From Chrysomallon squamiferum (taxonomy: Eukaryota > Animalia > Mollusca), in assembly GCA_012295275.1 (NCBI GenBank), contig CM022670.1, forward strand, positions 13,640,001-13,704,000: a stretch of 64,000 nucleotides of DNA, given 5' to 3'. Of the stretch, positions 1-14,477 are shown piece after piece (position 1 is the first letter of the stretch; every line of letters starts with the position of its first letter). The position numbers and the translations under genes are program-made. The notes beneath the pieces are model-generated. The model ran no database searches and was not told where the DNA came from. It saw nothing but the letters and a program-made list of their open reading frames with translations.

Positions 1-545
1 TGTGCAAATAATTACCGCTTATTGCTAGCGATATTATAATCATCTCGATCTAAATAATTTGTTTATTTGTTTTTGTTTTTAGTTATGTATTTATTTTGTT
101 TGCTAAAGTAATGTCGTGCAGACTGCACCAGAGTTAATTATTAATATAATGCTTAATAAAATTTCAATGCATGTAAATTTCACACGTGCTGAAAACTCTT
201 TCGAAATTAATTATTTTTATCATTGTTGTTTGTTTTTGTTGTATTTATTTATTTTATTCTATTATTATACCCTTGTGTGTGTGTGTGTGTGTGTGTGCGT
301 GTATATATTTTTTTCAGAAGCAGGCATAGGCATCATCACAATCAAATTACACCACTGAACTGAACTAATTTAATATTAAAAGTTACATTAGCTAATTTAA
401 TATTTAATTCAGTGCATTTGTTGTATGACAGTTATGTGATGCACAGATATAGAAATACATTTTTTATTTTTTGAATTTTCAGTTTTGATGATAGAATGGG
501 TGGCAGATAATCAACTGTTATAAAGTTATCAGCAACAGTAACAAG

Positions 546-1650
546 ATGACAGATGGTAAGTATCATATATGTTTTTCTTTTCTTTCTTTTTTCTTATCAT
601 CAGGTTATTTATGCTAAAGCATCTCCAAAGTAATCTTTTAGATAATATGATTTAGAAATCTAAGCTTGAATGTAAATTTGTTTGTATTTATTCATACAGC
701 TCAAATTATATCTTTATATAATTAACAAAATATACTTAGAATTAAAATACAAATGACATCATTTGGTTTTATCATGAATGTTTGATTCTGTTTGGAGTGC
801 ATACAGAGACTGCTTCATCTTCCAAGTACACTGCAAAATCATTCAAAATTCACTATATTATAATTTTAAATATTTCTACTAATCACACAGTAGTTCATTT
901 TTTATTTTTTTTATTTATTTATTTATTTATTTTTACTTATTTATTTATTTATTTTATTTATTTATATTTTAATATTTTTGTCTTTTCATTGTTTTTTCTT
1001 TGGACAAACTACAAAAGATCCTTTTTCCTGAAAAAAAAATCCTCCAAATATGCATGCATCTGGCCACAAGCAGTGAATTCACAACATGGCTGTAACTTCT
1101 TTGAGATGAATGAGGCAAATGCCTCATACCAAAATTGATGATTTTTAATTATTTTTTATATTTTTTTTGTGTACAAAGATTTTATTTGAAAAATATAAAA
1201 TTTAAATCTCTATTCCAATAGAAACAATATCCACTGAATGAATTCATTTATATCTACGATTACCATTTGAAGTCTACCAACATCGTTGCAATGAAAGATG
1301 TAACCCATTTCAAAGATATCAGTTATTGCCTCATTTCAAAAACAGCCTAGTTACAGCCATGCATAAGATAGTGTTCTTCCATTTTATATACTGGCACAAA
1401 GTAAATCAAACATTTCATAAATTTTTAATTTTTTTCTTATTGTTTTTTTAATTTATTTTAGTTGATTTTATTATTATTATTTTTTTTAATTTTATTTTTT
1501 ATGTTTGAACTTATACATTTTTATTTTTCAGATGAAAAAAAGCAAATATGGGCAGACCTGGAAGAGGAATCATTTTTTCTTGGAGCTATTCCACTTCAGA
1601 AATTTAAAGTATAAATTTAATATGTCATTGTATTCAAATTTAATGATTTA

Positions 1651-1706
<56 letters not shown>

Positions 1707-1997
1707 GTATTTTTTTTATCCTATTCAATTTAAATTTCTGAATCTATATTTTGTATTTCACATGGTACCAGTGTCAAGTTTGAAACTGAAATATCTATTT
1801 GATTAAATAATATGTTAAAGTGTATTAATGTTCAACTTTAGCTTTTTACCTTAATTGTTATCTAACAACATGCCAGTCTGAATGTACAACTACAATAAAA
1901 TAAATGTCTGTATAAACTCAGATTGTGCTTATACATTATTCACAATGTGTTTGACATTTTGCTTTATTTTATTATCAGTAATTACTTTATTATTATA

Positions 1998-2051
<54 letters not shown>

Positions 2052-3492
2052 GCAAAACCTTGAACAAAGCAAGAAAGAAGTCAAGTATCTCAGCTTTGAT
2101 ACATGTGCACCAGGATACTGCACTGATGCTGTGCTCAAAATCTTAAGGGATGTTTATCTAGCAAAGGTATCTTTCTTTTTTAAAAATATAATTTGATGAC
2201 TATTTTGATTATTTTTTAATATTATATTGTCCATAATATAAAAAAATTATTGTTCGTTTTGTTTATTTTTTTTATTTTTATTTTTATTTTTTTTTTTTTT
2301 TTTTTTTTTATTTCTAAATTTATATTAAAAGGATGGACTTTAATATTTTATTAGCTTTGTGTATTATTATCAAATTTGTTATTGTAGATTAAAATGTATC
2401 AACATAGATTTATAAATATTATTTTTTCTTTTATTATTATTTTATAATATTAAAAAGGATTAATCCTAAAAACAGAAATAAAAAAAAATAATATGGATTT
2501 GGCAACTGATTCGACATTAGTTAAATCTTATTTTTAAAGAGTTCTTATAAAACAAAACTGATAATATAGTTTATAAAAGAATAAAGATAATTTTAAAAAC
2601 AAAACTCAAGAAGAGGCATATAAAATATTTTTTATATAAACATTTTAAAACTTTCAGATTAAGAAAAAGTCTAAGTACAAGAGTCAGCTATGTGAAATTG
2701 ATCTACGATGCTGTTCTCTTGTCTCTGATAATGGAATTGGATGGCTGGCAGAAATTATTTCATTTTCTCCAAACCTTACCACAGTAATTTATCTTTTTTA
2801 TTATTATTGCTTCTGTTGGAATAAATGATTTTGATATTTCTTGTCCACTTTTAAAAGATTAAAATATTTTAAATGATTGAATTTGTCTTTATTAAGGATT
2901 TGATAAAATTATAAATTTAAAAAAATATATATACATATAATTTTTTTTAACCTTACTTTTCAAATTGTGTCTCATTTAAACCTGAACTATCTGCTTTTCA
3001 ATTTATTGCTTTTATTTTCTAATGATGTAAAGATTTTGAAAAAAACAATTCATGCTTCCATGAAAATATTTTCTGTTTATACTTATGTCAGAAGTCCTAG
3101 AAAAATTAATTAATGATCACAAGTTTAATTTAGTTTACATTTCATTACTTATTTTAATTTCAGTAGTTATTAAGAATTATTTGTGGGATATCATTTTAAT
3201 GATACATGAGCAATGTAACCCCTATTTGCCTTAATTTCAGTTACTATTATCAATTTGCCCATTAAATTAAATTAATTTAATTTATTTATTTATTTTTACA
3301 TAAATTAGAGATTGTACGTTATATTTTGTTTCAGATAAAAATTGATGGGTGCACTAAGGTTACAGACTGTGGAGTTTCAGCCCTGAAAAGTAAAGGGTTG
3401 TGTGTTCACATCTCTGCCATGGCAACATCTGTGACCCATTTAAATCTTGGCAGTTCTACCAAAGGATGTCCTCTGTTGATTGATGAAAAAAA
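546..3492 (+). CDS. ROCO gene exons 1-5: N-terminus with cysteine-containing (AMN1/F-box-type) LRRs
   Basis: Exons 546-555, 1532-1608, 2053-2166, 2658-2783, 3335-3492 translate MTDDEKKQIWADLEEESFFLGAIPLQKFK...LCEIDLRCCSLVSDNGIGWLA...IKIDGCTKVTDCGVSAL. This matches the LxxLxLxxCxxITDxGLxxL LRR-CC consensus. Confidence 0.75.
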
Positions 3493-6010
3493 GTATTTTT
3501 TTTAATTTAATTAAATAGTATTGTTTGGAACTGCCCTTTTATACAAATAATTTTTTTTCATAAAGAAAACAAAGCACAAAAACTGAAATCATGTTGATAT
3601 TCCAGCAAAATTTATTTTTTCAACAATATTTGTGAATTATGTTTCTTTTTAAATATGAACTGAAAATGACTTGCCCTAAATAAAGATAATTTTATTTGGT
3701 ACATAACATGCATTATTTGCTCAGTTATTGTTTTATTGGATATATATATATGTATATATGTATGTATATATAATATATATGAAAAAAATTAAAACTGGAT
3801 ATGAATAACCATCAGGTGTTTACACACTAATCAATTTTATCAGAAGATAGAGTAAATTTAATAAAATAATTTGTTGAACATAACATAGTTGAAATTTCAC
3901 ACTTAATTTTCTTTCATATCTATTTTCTTGTTACATTTTTCCTTTGTTTCTTCATTTTCATTTCACATACACAACAGGTCAACAAAGTGAAGATTACTTA
4001 CAGTGTTATATATTAGTTGTACCACATGAAGACCTGAAAGACAGTTTTGCAGAATATCTGTATGGCAGGTCACTGGTACAGAGAGAATCCATACATCACA
4101 TCAGCAGTTGGACTCTTCAAAGCTGGAACATTGCACTTACTGAATTCCCACACAGCAATGTAAATAACAATTTACTTGCTTGCTTGCTTGCTTGCTTGCT
4201 AGCTTGCTTTACTTACTTAGCTACTTATTTACTTATGTACTTACTTTCTTCCTTCCTTTCTTTCTTTCTTTCTTTCTTTCTTCCTTCCTTGCTTGCTTTC
4301 TTCCTTCCTTCCTTTCTTCCTTACTTACTTACTTATTTACTTCTTTCCTTCCATCCTTACTTACTTACTTACTTACTTATTTACTTCTTTCCTTCCATCC
4401 TTACTTACTTACTTACTTACTTCTTTACTTCTTTCCTTCCTTCCTTTTCTTTCTTTCTTTCTTTCTTTCCTTTCTTCTTCCATCCTTACTTTTCTTCCAC
4501 TTATTTTATTTACTTCTTTACTTCCGTCCTTACTTACTTACTTATTTACTTTTACTTCCCATCATTCCTTACTGACTTATTTCCATCCTTACTTACTTAC
4601 TTTTACTTTTTCTTTCCGTCCTTATTTACTTTTTCTTTTACTTACTTACTTACTTACTTATTTACTTTTACTTTTACTTACTTTTTACTTACTTACTTTT
4701 AATTACTTACTTCCTGACATCCTTACTTCCTTCCTTACTTCCTTCCTTACTTACTTACTTATTTATTTATTATACAAGCATTCCCAAATGTATACAGTTC
4801 CTTTTTTATGTTGTGATTTCCTGGTTTATATATATGTGTGTGTGTTTTTAATTAAACAGTATTGTTTGGTCTTTGTGACATACCAGTACTCTGTTGAGAA
4901 TGCTTCAAGATATTTATATTTTGATCATAGTAGGATTTCACAAAATGAGCCACCAGTGTGTAAATCAGGGCATGTCAATATTTTTTTAAATTTTAGTTTA
5001 CATGTCTATATTCTTATACAAGTTTTTATTTATTTAGTATCTCTGTTTGTATCTGTTTATTGATTGTTACCTTTCATTCATAGTTAAGGTTAGAAAATAA
5101 TAATATCATCACTGATTTTTCCTAGGGAAAATATTTAAGTCTCTTTTCATTAATTATTTATTCTTTATGAAAAAGAAGATTAAAAAAAATATTAATAAAA
5201 AAATAAATAGAAAAATAACAATTTTATAAATCTGTTTTTGTCAAAACACTTAAAAACTAATATTTTTTTAGAATAAATGGTTATTACACTCAATAAAGAA
5301 ACAATAATGATTATTGTTTACTTTCAGCCTCTGTTTGAAAGTTTGGTACCCAAAAATCCAGTGCAAGTGTTGATTCCATTTGATGCCTCATTGGGTATAA
5401 AGCAAATCAGATCTCATATTTCAAAAACCATCACACGGATTCTGAGCAAGGTTGTATATTCTTTGTATATATGCTTTATTTTTGCATACAAATGCACAAA
5501 ACACAGATTAAGTACAGTTCTCTGCTATGAAACTTAAATATGTGCCAAGGAACATCTAAAATGGAACATCTGTGTAATATTAAATTATACTGTTGTCTTA
5601 ATATATTTATGTACTGTATGTATGTATATATATATATATTATATATATTTTAAATAAATCATTTATATACATAATCATTGCATATCTACCTAGTTTTTAT
5701 TTTATGTAAATATACACATTTCACTAGTATGAAAACTGAATGTATGTGAACATAAATAATTTTCATTTTATTATGAATACTTAAAATTATTTATTAGTGC
5801 TAAATGTTCCACATGCTAAATATTCTGTCTCTTTGCAGGAAACAGTTAACCCACCACACAAGAATTTTGACTTCAAGATTACAAACAGTGAGCTCTTTTT
5901 TGACACTCTTACATCAGCAAAGTGTGTTTGGAATCCAGATGGGATCCTCAGGTAAATCAAAATTGTGTCATACAAATGTACATTTATTTATTTATTTATT
6001 TATTTATTTA

Positions 6011-6065
<55 letters not shown>

Positions 6066-6101
6066 ATTTATGTATATATTTATTTATTTATTTATTTATT
6101 T

Positions 6102-6156
<55 letters not shown>

Positions 6157-8328
6157 TATCTTTATTTATTTTTTTTTTTTTGTTTGTTTGTTTGTTTGTT
6201 TGTTGATTGATTGTTAAAGGAAAACTCCAGTTAAATGCATTCAACAATGTTATATTACTTTTTTTTTGTTTCATGGGGCCTCTGAATTTTTTTTTTCCTT
6301 TCCTTTTGTCAGTATCATAGTGATTATGGAGGATTTTATTTTATTCTGTTATTTATTTTTTCTTTGTTTTCTTAATTATTACTTTTGCCCTGTGGTTATT
6401 CACAGACAGCATTCCAGCTAGGTGGGACCTAAAATTTCTGCATTCATGAAAGAAAGTTTATAACTTTTCTTTTGGTTCTGTTATTACTTCTAACATTAAA
6501 TAATTAAACAAGATATTTCAACTTTCATACATGCAAGGCTTATATTGGTCTAAATATTTCTTTATTTATTTCTGATTTATGTGTTAATTAATTTACTCAT
6601 TAGCTAAGTGCACTGTGAATGAATGACTGATTTATTTATTTATACAATTGTTTCTGTATTTTATATATTTATTTATTTATCAAATCATTTTATGAATAAA
6701 CATTAGTACTGAGTCAGTGTGTCATACAAAAATTCAGTAGGAAACTTTTATTTCATGTGTTTTTTGTTTTTTTCTACATTTCTTGAATTTCCAGGAGTTT
6801 GTCAACATCAGAAAGAGTGATAGCCTGCTATGTTTCGAGACAGCCACTGAGTCGAACAAACTGTTACTTTGAAATTGAGTGTCTTGCTCAGGAAGGCTCA
6901 GCAGAAGCAGGTGTGGTTCTGGGAATCATTCACGACAATCTGTTCTCCGACAGGTTTCCAATGGAATCAAACCAAAGGGATGGAGGAGCAGTTGAAGGGT
7001 TAGTGTGTGTCTGATCATAGACACTTTGTGATCGTAGACAGATGTTGCTGTTAAATGTTTTAGTCTCTTGGATGTTTCATACATTGGAGTATAAAAAGGA
7101 AGATATATTTTTGTAAATTAATAAAAATGAAGATATTGTTTTGAAAATTAATAAATTGAAAATATTGTTTTGTAAATTAATGAAAATGAAGATACTGTTT
7201 TTAAAGGAATGAAAAAGAAGATATTTTTTGTAAATTAATAAAAATGAAAGTACTGTTTTTAAAGTAATGAAAATGAAGAAATTGTTTTCACATTAATGGA
7301 AACGAAGATACTGTTTTTGTCCTATGCTGTTAGAACTGTTAATTTTGTTCCAGGTTTGTATTCCGAGTTGGTGATGTGGTAGGTTTTGGTATACATGGCA
7401 GCTGGGATTCTGAGTATGTGCCCTCCAGCAGCTGTTCATTCTACTACACAGTGAATGGTTCCAAGGTCTGTAGCAGCACCTGATACATAAACTTGTTACT
7501 GCCCAAAGATAAATAAAATAAAATAAAATAAAGCAAAGCAAAGCAAAGCAAAAGAAAGCAACAGTAATAAAATATAATAAATCAATAAGTCAATAATGGT
7601 AATAATAAAATATTAATCAATTAACAACACCAAATTCCATTATGTTATAATTTTCATTTAGTAAAGAAACATTTCAAAAATATTTTTATCTCAGTAAATC
7701 AAGGTACACATCAATACAGAATTAAAAATGTTTTTGGATTTCTGTTTTTAAGTAATAATAGGAATAGACTTAAATTATTTCTTTGATAGCATGGGTTTGG
7801 TTGTTGCTCTCACATTTTCTCTCTCTCTCTCTTTTTCTCTCTCTTTCTTTCTGTCCGTCTCTCTCTTGCTCTGTCTCTCTCTTTCTTTCTTTCTTCCTTC
7901 CCTTGCCTTCTTCTTTCCCTCTCCTTCTCCCTCCAGTTTACTTTTTTTCTTTCTTTGTATGAATGAGGGTGAAAGAAAATTAAGTGGCAGTCAGATACTA
8001 AATTTTTAAAATACACTGAAGTGTTTTTACTGTGCAGCGTGAAGACAAGATCTCAAAAGAAAAGCCTCACACTGGGATGTATCCAGTTGTTTCTGTTTTT
8101 GGCAAGAGCACAGGTGAAATCAGACTCAAGAATTATGCTTCACCTCCAGAGGTATGCCATTTATTAACACCGTGAACACACAAATCCTAGTACAATGTGA
8201 TTTTTCAGATTAGCTGAAAAAATTTGGTCAATGTTTTTCGTTTTGTATATTTCAATTATCTGAGATGACATGGGATTTGATTCAGTAATAACAACAACAA
8301 CAACACCAGCAACAACAGCAATAATAGT

Positions 8329-8364
<36 letters not shown>

Positions 8365-9364
8365 CCTTGGACAGATGAAATTAGCCAAACAGTGTCATTT
8401 AGTTTTTTTTTTCTTCTTCTAGGAACTGCAGAAGAAATGGGAAAATGAAAAACTTTACATTGAACCTGGCTTTTCTTACTGTATTTTGTGGGATGAAGAT
8501 GGAGTTTTGACGTAACTGGACATTATACACTTTAACAATATTGCACATTGCTGAAAACATCACTTTAACAAACATTTTCAGTGCTCAAAGCATATGTTTT
8601 TGATTTATCATATCCTGTAAAAATATTTTATCATAAAATTGATTCATTATTAATTTTTGTTATTAATATACATATATATATATATATAAGCAACACACAC
8701 ACACACACACACCTTTCTTATTCCTCCCTAACATAGCTAACTCATTTATGCATCTTTTTGCTACTGTGTTTGATATATATAATACATATGTTTTAAACAT
8801 ATAATGCATTTAAAACTCCTATCATATTCATCTTCTAATTCTTATAATATATCTTTCATAATATATTTTAAAAATTTATATAGATATATATATTTAATTT
8901 TTTATTTATACTAAAACCTTTTTTTTTTTTTTTTTTTCAAATGTGCTTTTAATATATTTTAGGTACACTGATAATTACAAAGCAGAAGGACATGTGGGAC
9001 TGTTTGTGAGTCAGCATCCAATTACAAAGGCCCATAACTCTTGTACCATTGAGATTCTGGGTTTTGGGAAGAAGAGATCCATAGCACTGGGAATTGGGCC
9101 AGAAGATTATAAAATAAACACTCGGCTAGGAGACGTCCTTTCATCAGTTGCAGTCTACGGAGATGGTCGATCGTAAGAGATTTGTCTTTCTATTAAATCA
9201 GAAACAATTGCTGGGAAATGCGTGCCATTTCTTGATACACACACCATAACCAAAATATGTATATATTCTGTCTCTGTTTCCATTGTTGATCCTGCCCTTC
9301 ACATATCTCCCCTCTCATATAGTTTCTTGCTTGCTTGCTTGCTTACTTAGTTACTTACTTACTT

Positions 9365-9417
<53 letters not shown>

Positions 9418-12251
9418 TTACTTACTTATTTACTTCTTTCCTTCGTTCCTTCCTTCCTTACTTACTTACCTACTTATTTTCCTATAGTCTTTGTATTTTT
9501 GATACTGTATAACTCAAACTGAACACACATTTAACAGGACTGCCTCGGAGAAAGCTTCTGAACCTTGGAAGGAAGGTGATTTTATAAAGGCTGTGGTGAG
9601 TGGTTTCAGCGGTGACATGATTGAAAGTGGTGAAGAGGTCACAGTGACATTCTACAGAAATGACCAAAAGGTGATCTTTATTTTCACTTATTAAGAAATC
9701 AATGAATGTTACATTTTAGTGGAAACGGATCCCTTTGTCACCAGTCCATGAGGATTTCTCATTGATCACTAGCAAAAGATATTTTACATGCACTTTCCAA
9801 CATAGATGATATCATTCTTAATGGCTTCCAAAAACATTATTCGTCAGACACAAGTTGGAATAAGAAATAACCCAATTTAATATATACAATTATTAAATTA
9901 TTGTTAATTTATTGATAATTCTTTTTTCTTCAATCTTCAGACCTCTTAATCATCATTAGTTCTGTTATGACTGCTACTACTGCAGATATGGCTGTTATGA
10001 TCAGATTCAAAACAGAAAAGAATCAGTATAAATGTTGTTTTTCAGTTAGAAGAAATGAACCTGTTATATAAAAAGACTGCTGGAATCCGTTGTGTTTTTC
10101 TGATAGCTATGCAGAGTGCAGATGAAAAAGTGAAGATATTAAATTTCAGAAGACCATATCAACCTAATGTTTGTATTTTGCTCATCTTATTTCATAATCT
10201 TCTTACTGGTGATGATATAATAGTTACCATGATATTCTAGTTTCCACATATAACATAATTATTTTTTTTTTAAATCCCTATTTTTTGAATTAGCATTTTT
10301 TTTCTTCAGGACAGTTAATTAACAGATGATATATAATTTTTTATTTTTTATTATGTTTTTTTATTTTTTTTTTGTTCTTAAGTGTTGAATCTAAAAAACA
10401 ATATTTCCTATATTTATCATTTCACTGTAACTGGTTAGTAAGCAACTATTAACATGAAAGTGTTTCTGTATTCTTATTAGTCTATCTCATGGTACATCAG
10501 TGTAGTATATGTTAGATGATATTCTTTAGTTAGCTTTATATATTTATTTACTTTACTCACACAATCCATTAAATAATTCTACTACAAATTACTTTTATTT
10601 CAGCCATTGGCTGATGACAAACTGACCATGGGAAGATGCAACTACATCAACGTCTACGACGATGGGACACTGACATATTAGTGAGTTATTTGAAATCTTT
10701 GATTGGCCAGAAGTAAATAATCTAATATATATCAGATATTCTCATTCTGAAAGAATGTTTTAAACAATGTACATAATCTGATGTCACAGGCAGTGTGTAA
10801 GACTGAACAAAAAAAAAAAAATGTATCTTTCTGATTATTTGATAAGTACTTAAATGAAGCTGAGTTTTCAATTACAGCCTGCAGTCTGTTAAAAGCTGTG
10901 GATCAGTTGTGGTCATTGTTTTGTTAATTTTTTTTTTTTTTTTTTATGGGAAAGGAATGTTAGCTTTTTTTATATATTTCTCTTCTTTTCAGTAGTGAAG
11001 ACACAAAATTAATGACTTGTTACAAACAACAGAGGAAATAAAATATACAACAACCTTTTTTTTTTCCACAGTTTCTTAAAAATGATTTGCTTTATTTGTC
11101 AGTGTATTAATAATCCTTTTCAGCAAATTCAACAAAGAAAAGCCATTTGGTTTGTACGTCTCCAAAACACCTATTTCTAAAAGTCTGCCTTACTTTGAGA
11201 TGAAAGTTTTGAAAATACACACAGATAAACATGTGGGAATTGGACTTTGTCACCGAAACTACAAGATTAATGAAATGCCAGGCTGGCTGGGAGGATCGAT
11301 TGCCTATCATGCAGACAATGGACAGTGAGTTTATCAGCTAATTTAATTAACAAATATGTTATTATTGCTTTTTTTATTATGTTGAATTAATGTTATTAAA
11401 AATTGTTTAATAATATTATTAATGTTGACAGTTATTTTTTCTTTGAAAAAATATTGATTATTATTATTAATATTGGGGTTGTTGTAGTTTTTGTTGTTAT
11501 TACAATTCTTATTCTTATTATTCTTGTTATTATTGTAATTATTGTTATTATTATTATTACTGAAAGAATGACTAGAACATAATGTTTCATTTACTAATCG
11601 GCTCTGTATCTTGTTTTTGTTTAATATTTAAAATATTAGCTAATTAACAAGTGTATTAACAAGTGTATTAATTAGCACTGTATGTATTAGTATATATATT
11701 CTTTTATACCTGATATTGTAAAATGCTTTTAAAATAATTTTTTTAGAAAAGGCTCGTAATACTACTACTATATGCAGTAGACTGGTTCACTGAAAACATG
11801 TCAAATGAACTGGATAAAGATTAGTGATTCAAAAAACAAATATATAGCTTGAATGTTGATTCTGTAGATAAGCCACTGAAAGATAATATTTAAAAAAAAT
11901 AATAATAAGAATTAAAACGAATGGAAAATAAATATAAAATTATTATTATTTTTATTGTTATTATTATTATTATTATTATTATTTATTATTATTATTTTCC
12001 TTTCAACAGGTTATACATGAATGCATCTGCTGGCTTGAAGACTTTGGAAATGGACACTGATAAACTTATATATGGTGAAGGAGATGTGGTTGGTTGTGGG
12101 GTGGAGGCAGTTTGTGTGGGAAAGAAACTGAAACCTCAGCAGACCATCAAAGTCTTCTTTACCAAAAATGGCACAAGGGTGGGTACAAAAACATTTCAAA
12201 ACATCTGTAACCATAAAAATAAAATAATTAAAAAATATAATAATAACAATC

Positions 12252-12296
<45 letters not shown>

Positions 12297-14345
12297 GTAA
12301 ATTTATGAAAACCTAAAGGCATGGAGAAAGTATATCAAATCATTGCTGAAGTGTATGATTTATTTCACAACATTTCATGTTTAATTAATTTGTCGGGACA
12401 CTTTATTATTAGCAAACCTTGGTTACGAGCAGAAAATAAGTCAGTAGAGAATACTAACTTAAATGTTTTTAGAAACCATTTATACATCAGATGTATAAAG
12501 TACAATTAATCCAAAGTTATTATAACATGGCACTTTGTCCATACAGCATATATAATTAAATTACAACAGTGATGCAGTTTTAACTATGATGCAGTCTAAA
12601 AGGTGATGAAATACGAAGAGAAACTGTTGCTGTTATATCTTTATTTTGGATTATCAAAAAAGCTGTTAATTATTCTTGTAAAAAAGAAAAAAAGAAGAAA
12701 AAGATGATGTCTGTTTAGTCATCATGTTAATGTTTGATCCTGAAATGTCCTCCAGATGCCTTTGAAATTCCTTTTTTTTTTTTTTTTTTTTTTGGAATGG
12801 GTCATTTAAAGTGAGATGAGATGTTCTTAAATATTTATCTGTTTTGATCTGTTTCAGATACATGAATATGAAATGGAATACAACATGGATGGTTTATATC
12901 CCTGTGTTTCTTTACACTATGAAACAGACAAAGTCCAGCTCTACAACTTCTCCTCTGCCTGCCATACAGTGGTTTGTCTGTTTGCACTACTAGTACCAGT
13001 ATAATTATGATTTGTCTGTTTATATTACTTCACTGTATCATTTGTCTGTTTATATTTACCTTTGTGTATCATTTGTCTGTTTACATTTACCTTTGTGTAT
13101 CATTTGTCTCTTTACATTTACCATTGTGTATCATTTGTCTGTTTACATTTACCTTTGTGTATCATTTGTCTCTTTACATTTATTTTGTGTATCATTTGTC
13201 TCTTTACATTTACCTTTGTGTATCATTTGTCTCTTTACATTTACCATTGTGTATCATTTGTCTGTTTACATTTACTATTGTGTATTATTTGTCTGTTAAC
13301 ATTTACTATTGTGTATTATTTGTCTGTTTACATTTTTCTTTGTGTATTATTTATCTGATTAGGGTATTATTTTATTTGTTTTGTTTTTTTCTACTATTTG
13401 TCTCTTAATTATATTTATCTTTGTCATATCCACACCAAAAGCTTGACATCAGTTACCTGGTTTTCTGAAAATTAAACAAACCTCCCCAGTTAGCCAGCCA
13501 TCTTTTGTCATTTAAGGAATATCAAGACATTTGGTAATTCAGACATTTGGTAACTCTTTCAGGAAAAATCAACATTAAACAATCAGTGTGTTGATAACCC
13601 AGAAGAAGAATCTCCTAGCACTGATACCCAGACTGAAGGTTGTCATTTCCTCGTTGTTGCTGTTGGCGATGGGTCGTGTGATCCAGCAGAAAAGATAGCG
13701 ATGGTGAAACAGAGCCTTGATCTGTCGAGGGATCTCGATCTAGTGGGAGATCTCGAGAAGGAAATAAAGGAATTAGAAAGGTACAGTTTGATATGGCTGT
13801 GTATGTCTTTGTCTGTGTGTGGAGATTGTTGTTGTCAGTATGATCGTAGATGATCGGAACAGTCCCTGTTTGAGACTCCATGCAAATCCAGATGTTTTTT
13901 AAAATGTATCATACAGTAAAGTATTTTTGAATTAAATTTGTTACTGCTATCGTACACTGTTACTTCTATCGCATCAGGTTTTTAATTTATTATATATATA
14001 TATATATATATCTGAGCAATAAATATATATATATAGATATAAGAAAAAACAATACAGTCAGCTTTGATAATAAAATGCAATTTGTTCTAAATGTTTATGT
14101 AGTTGTATCGATATTTGTTAGAGAAACAAGTTACATTTTACTAATAACCTACTTTTATTCAGTGTAACAGAATTATCTGTTTTTAAGATGGCATTTTTCC
14201 CCTTTTTTTTTATCTGTTCTTTCTGTTTGATTTTAAACAGTCATATTTTGGAGTTTTGTACATCTGTAATAACCATAATAACAGCAATAACTATATACTG
14301 AGACAAATAAAGATGTGTATTTTGTGTGTGATTGTGTGTGTGTGT

Positions 14346-14392
<47 letters not shown>

Positions 14393-14437
14393 CATACACA
14401 TACATAAATACATATATATTATAGAGAGAGAGAGAGA

Positions 14438-14477
<40 letters not shown>

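Noticed and set aside
3486-3990. Phase mismatch between exons 5 and 6 read as a gene break
   Set aside because: It is resolved either by an alternative AG at 3986-3987 or by one extra A in the A7 run; not evidence for separate genes.
3944-5063. Long hydrophobic ORFs (252, 131 and 256 aa) resembling membrane proteins
   Set aside because: They are read-through of tetranucleotide microsatellites; only about 3978-4159 is a real exon.
12974-13408. Three overlapping repetitive ORFs
   Set aside because: They are translations of a 30-bp intronic minisatellite.
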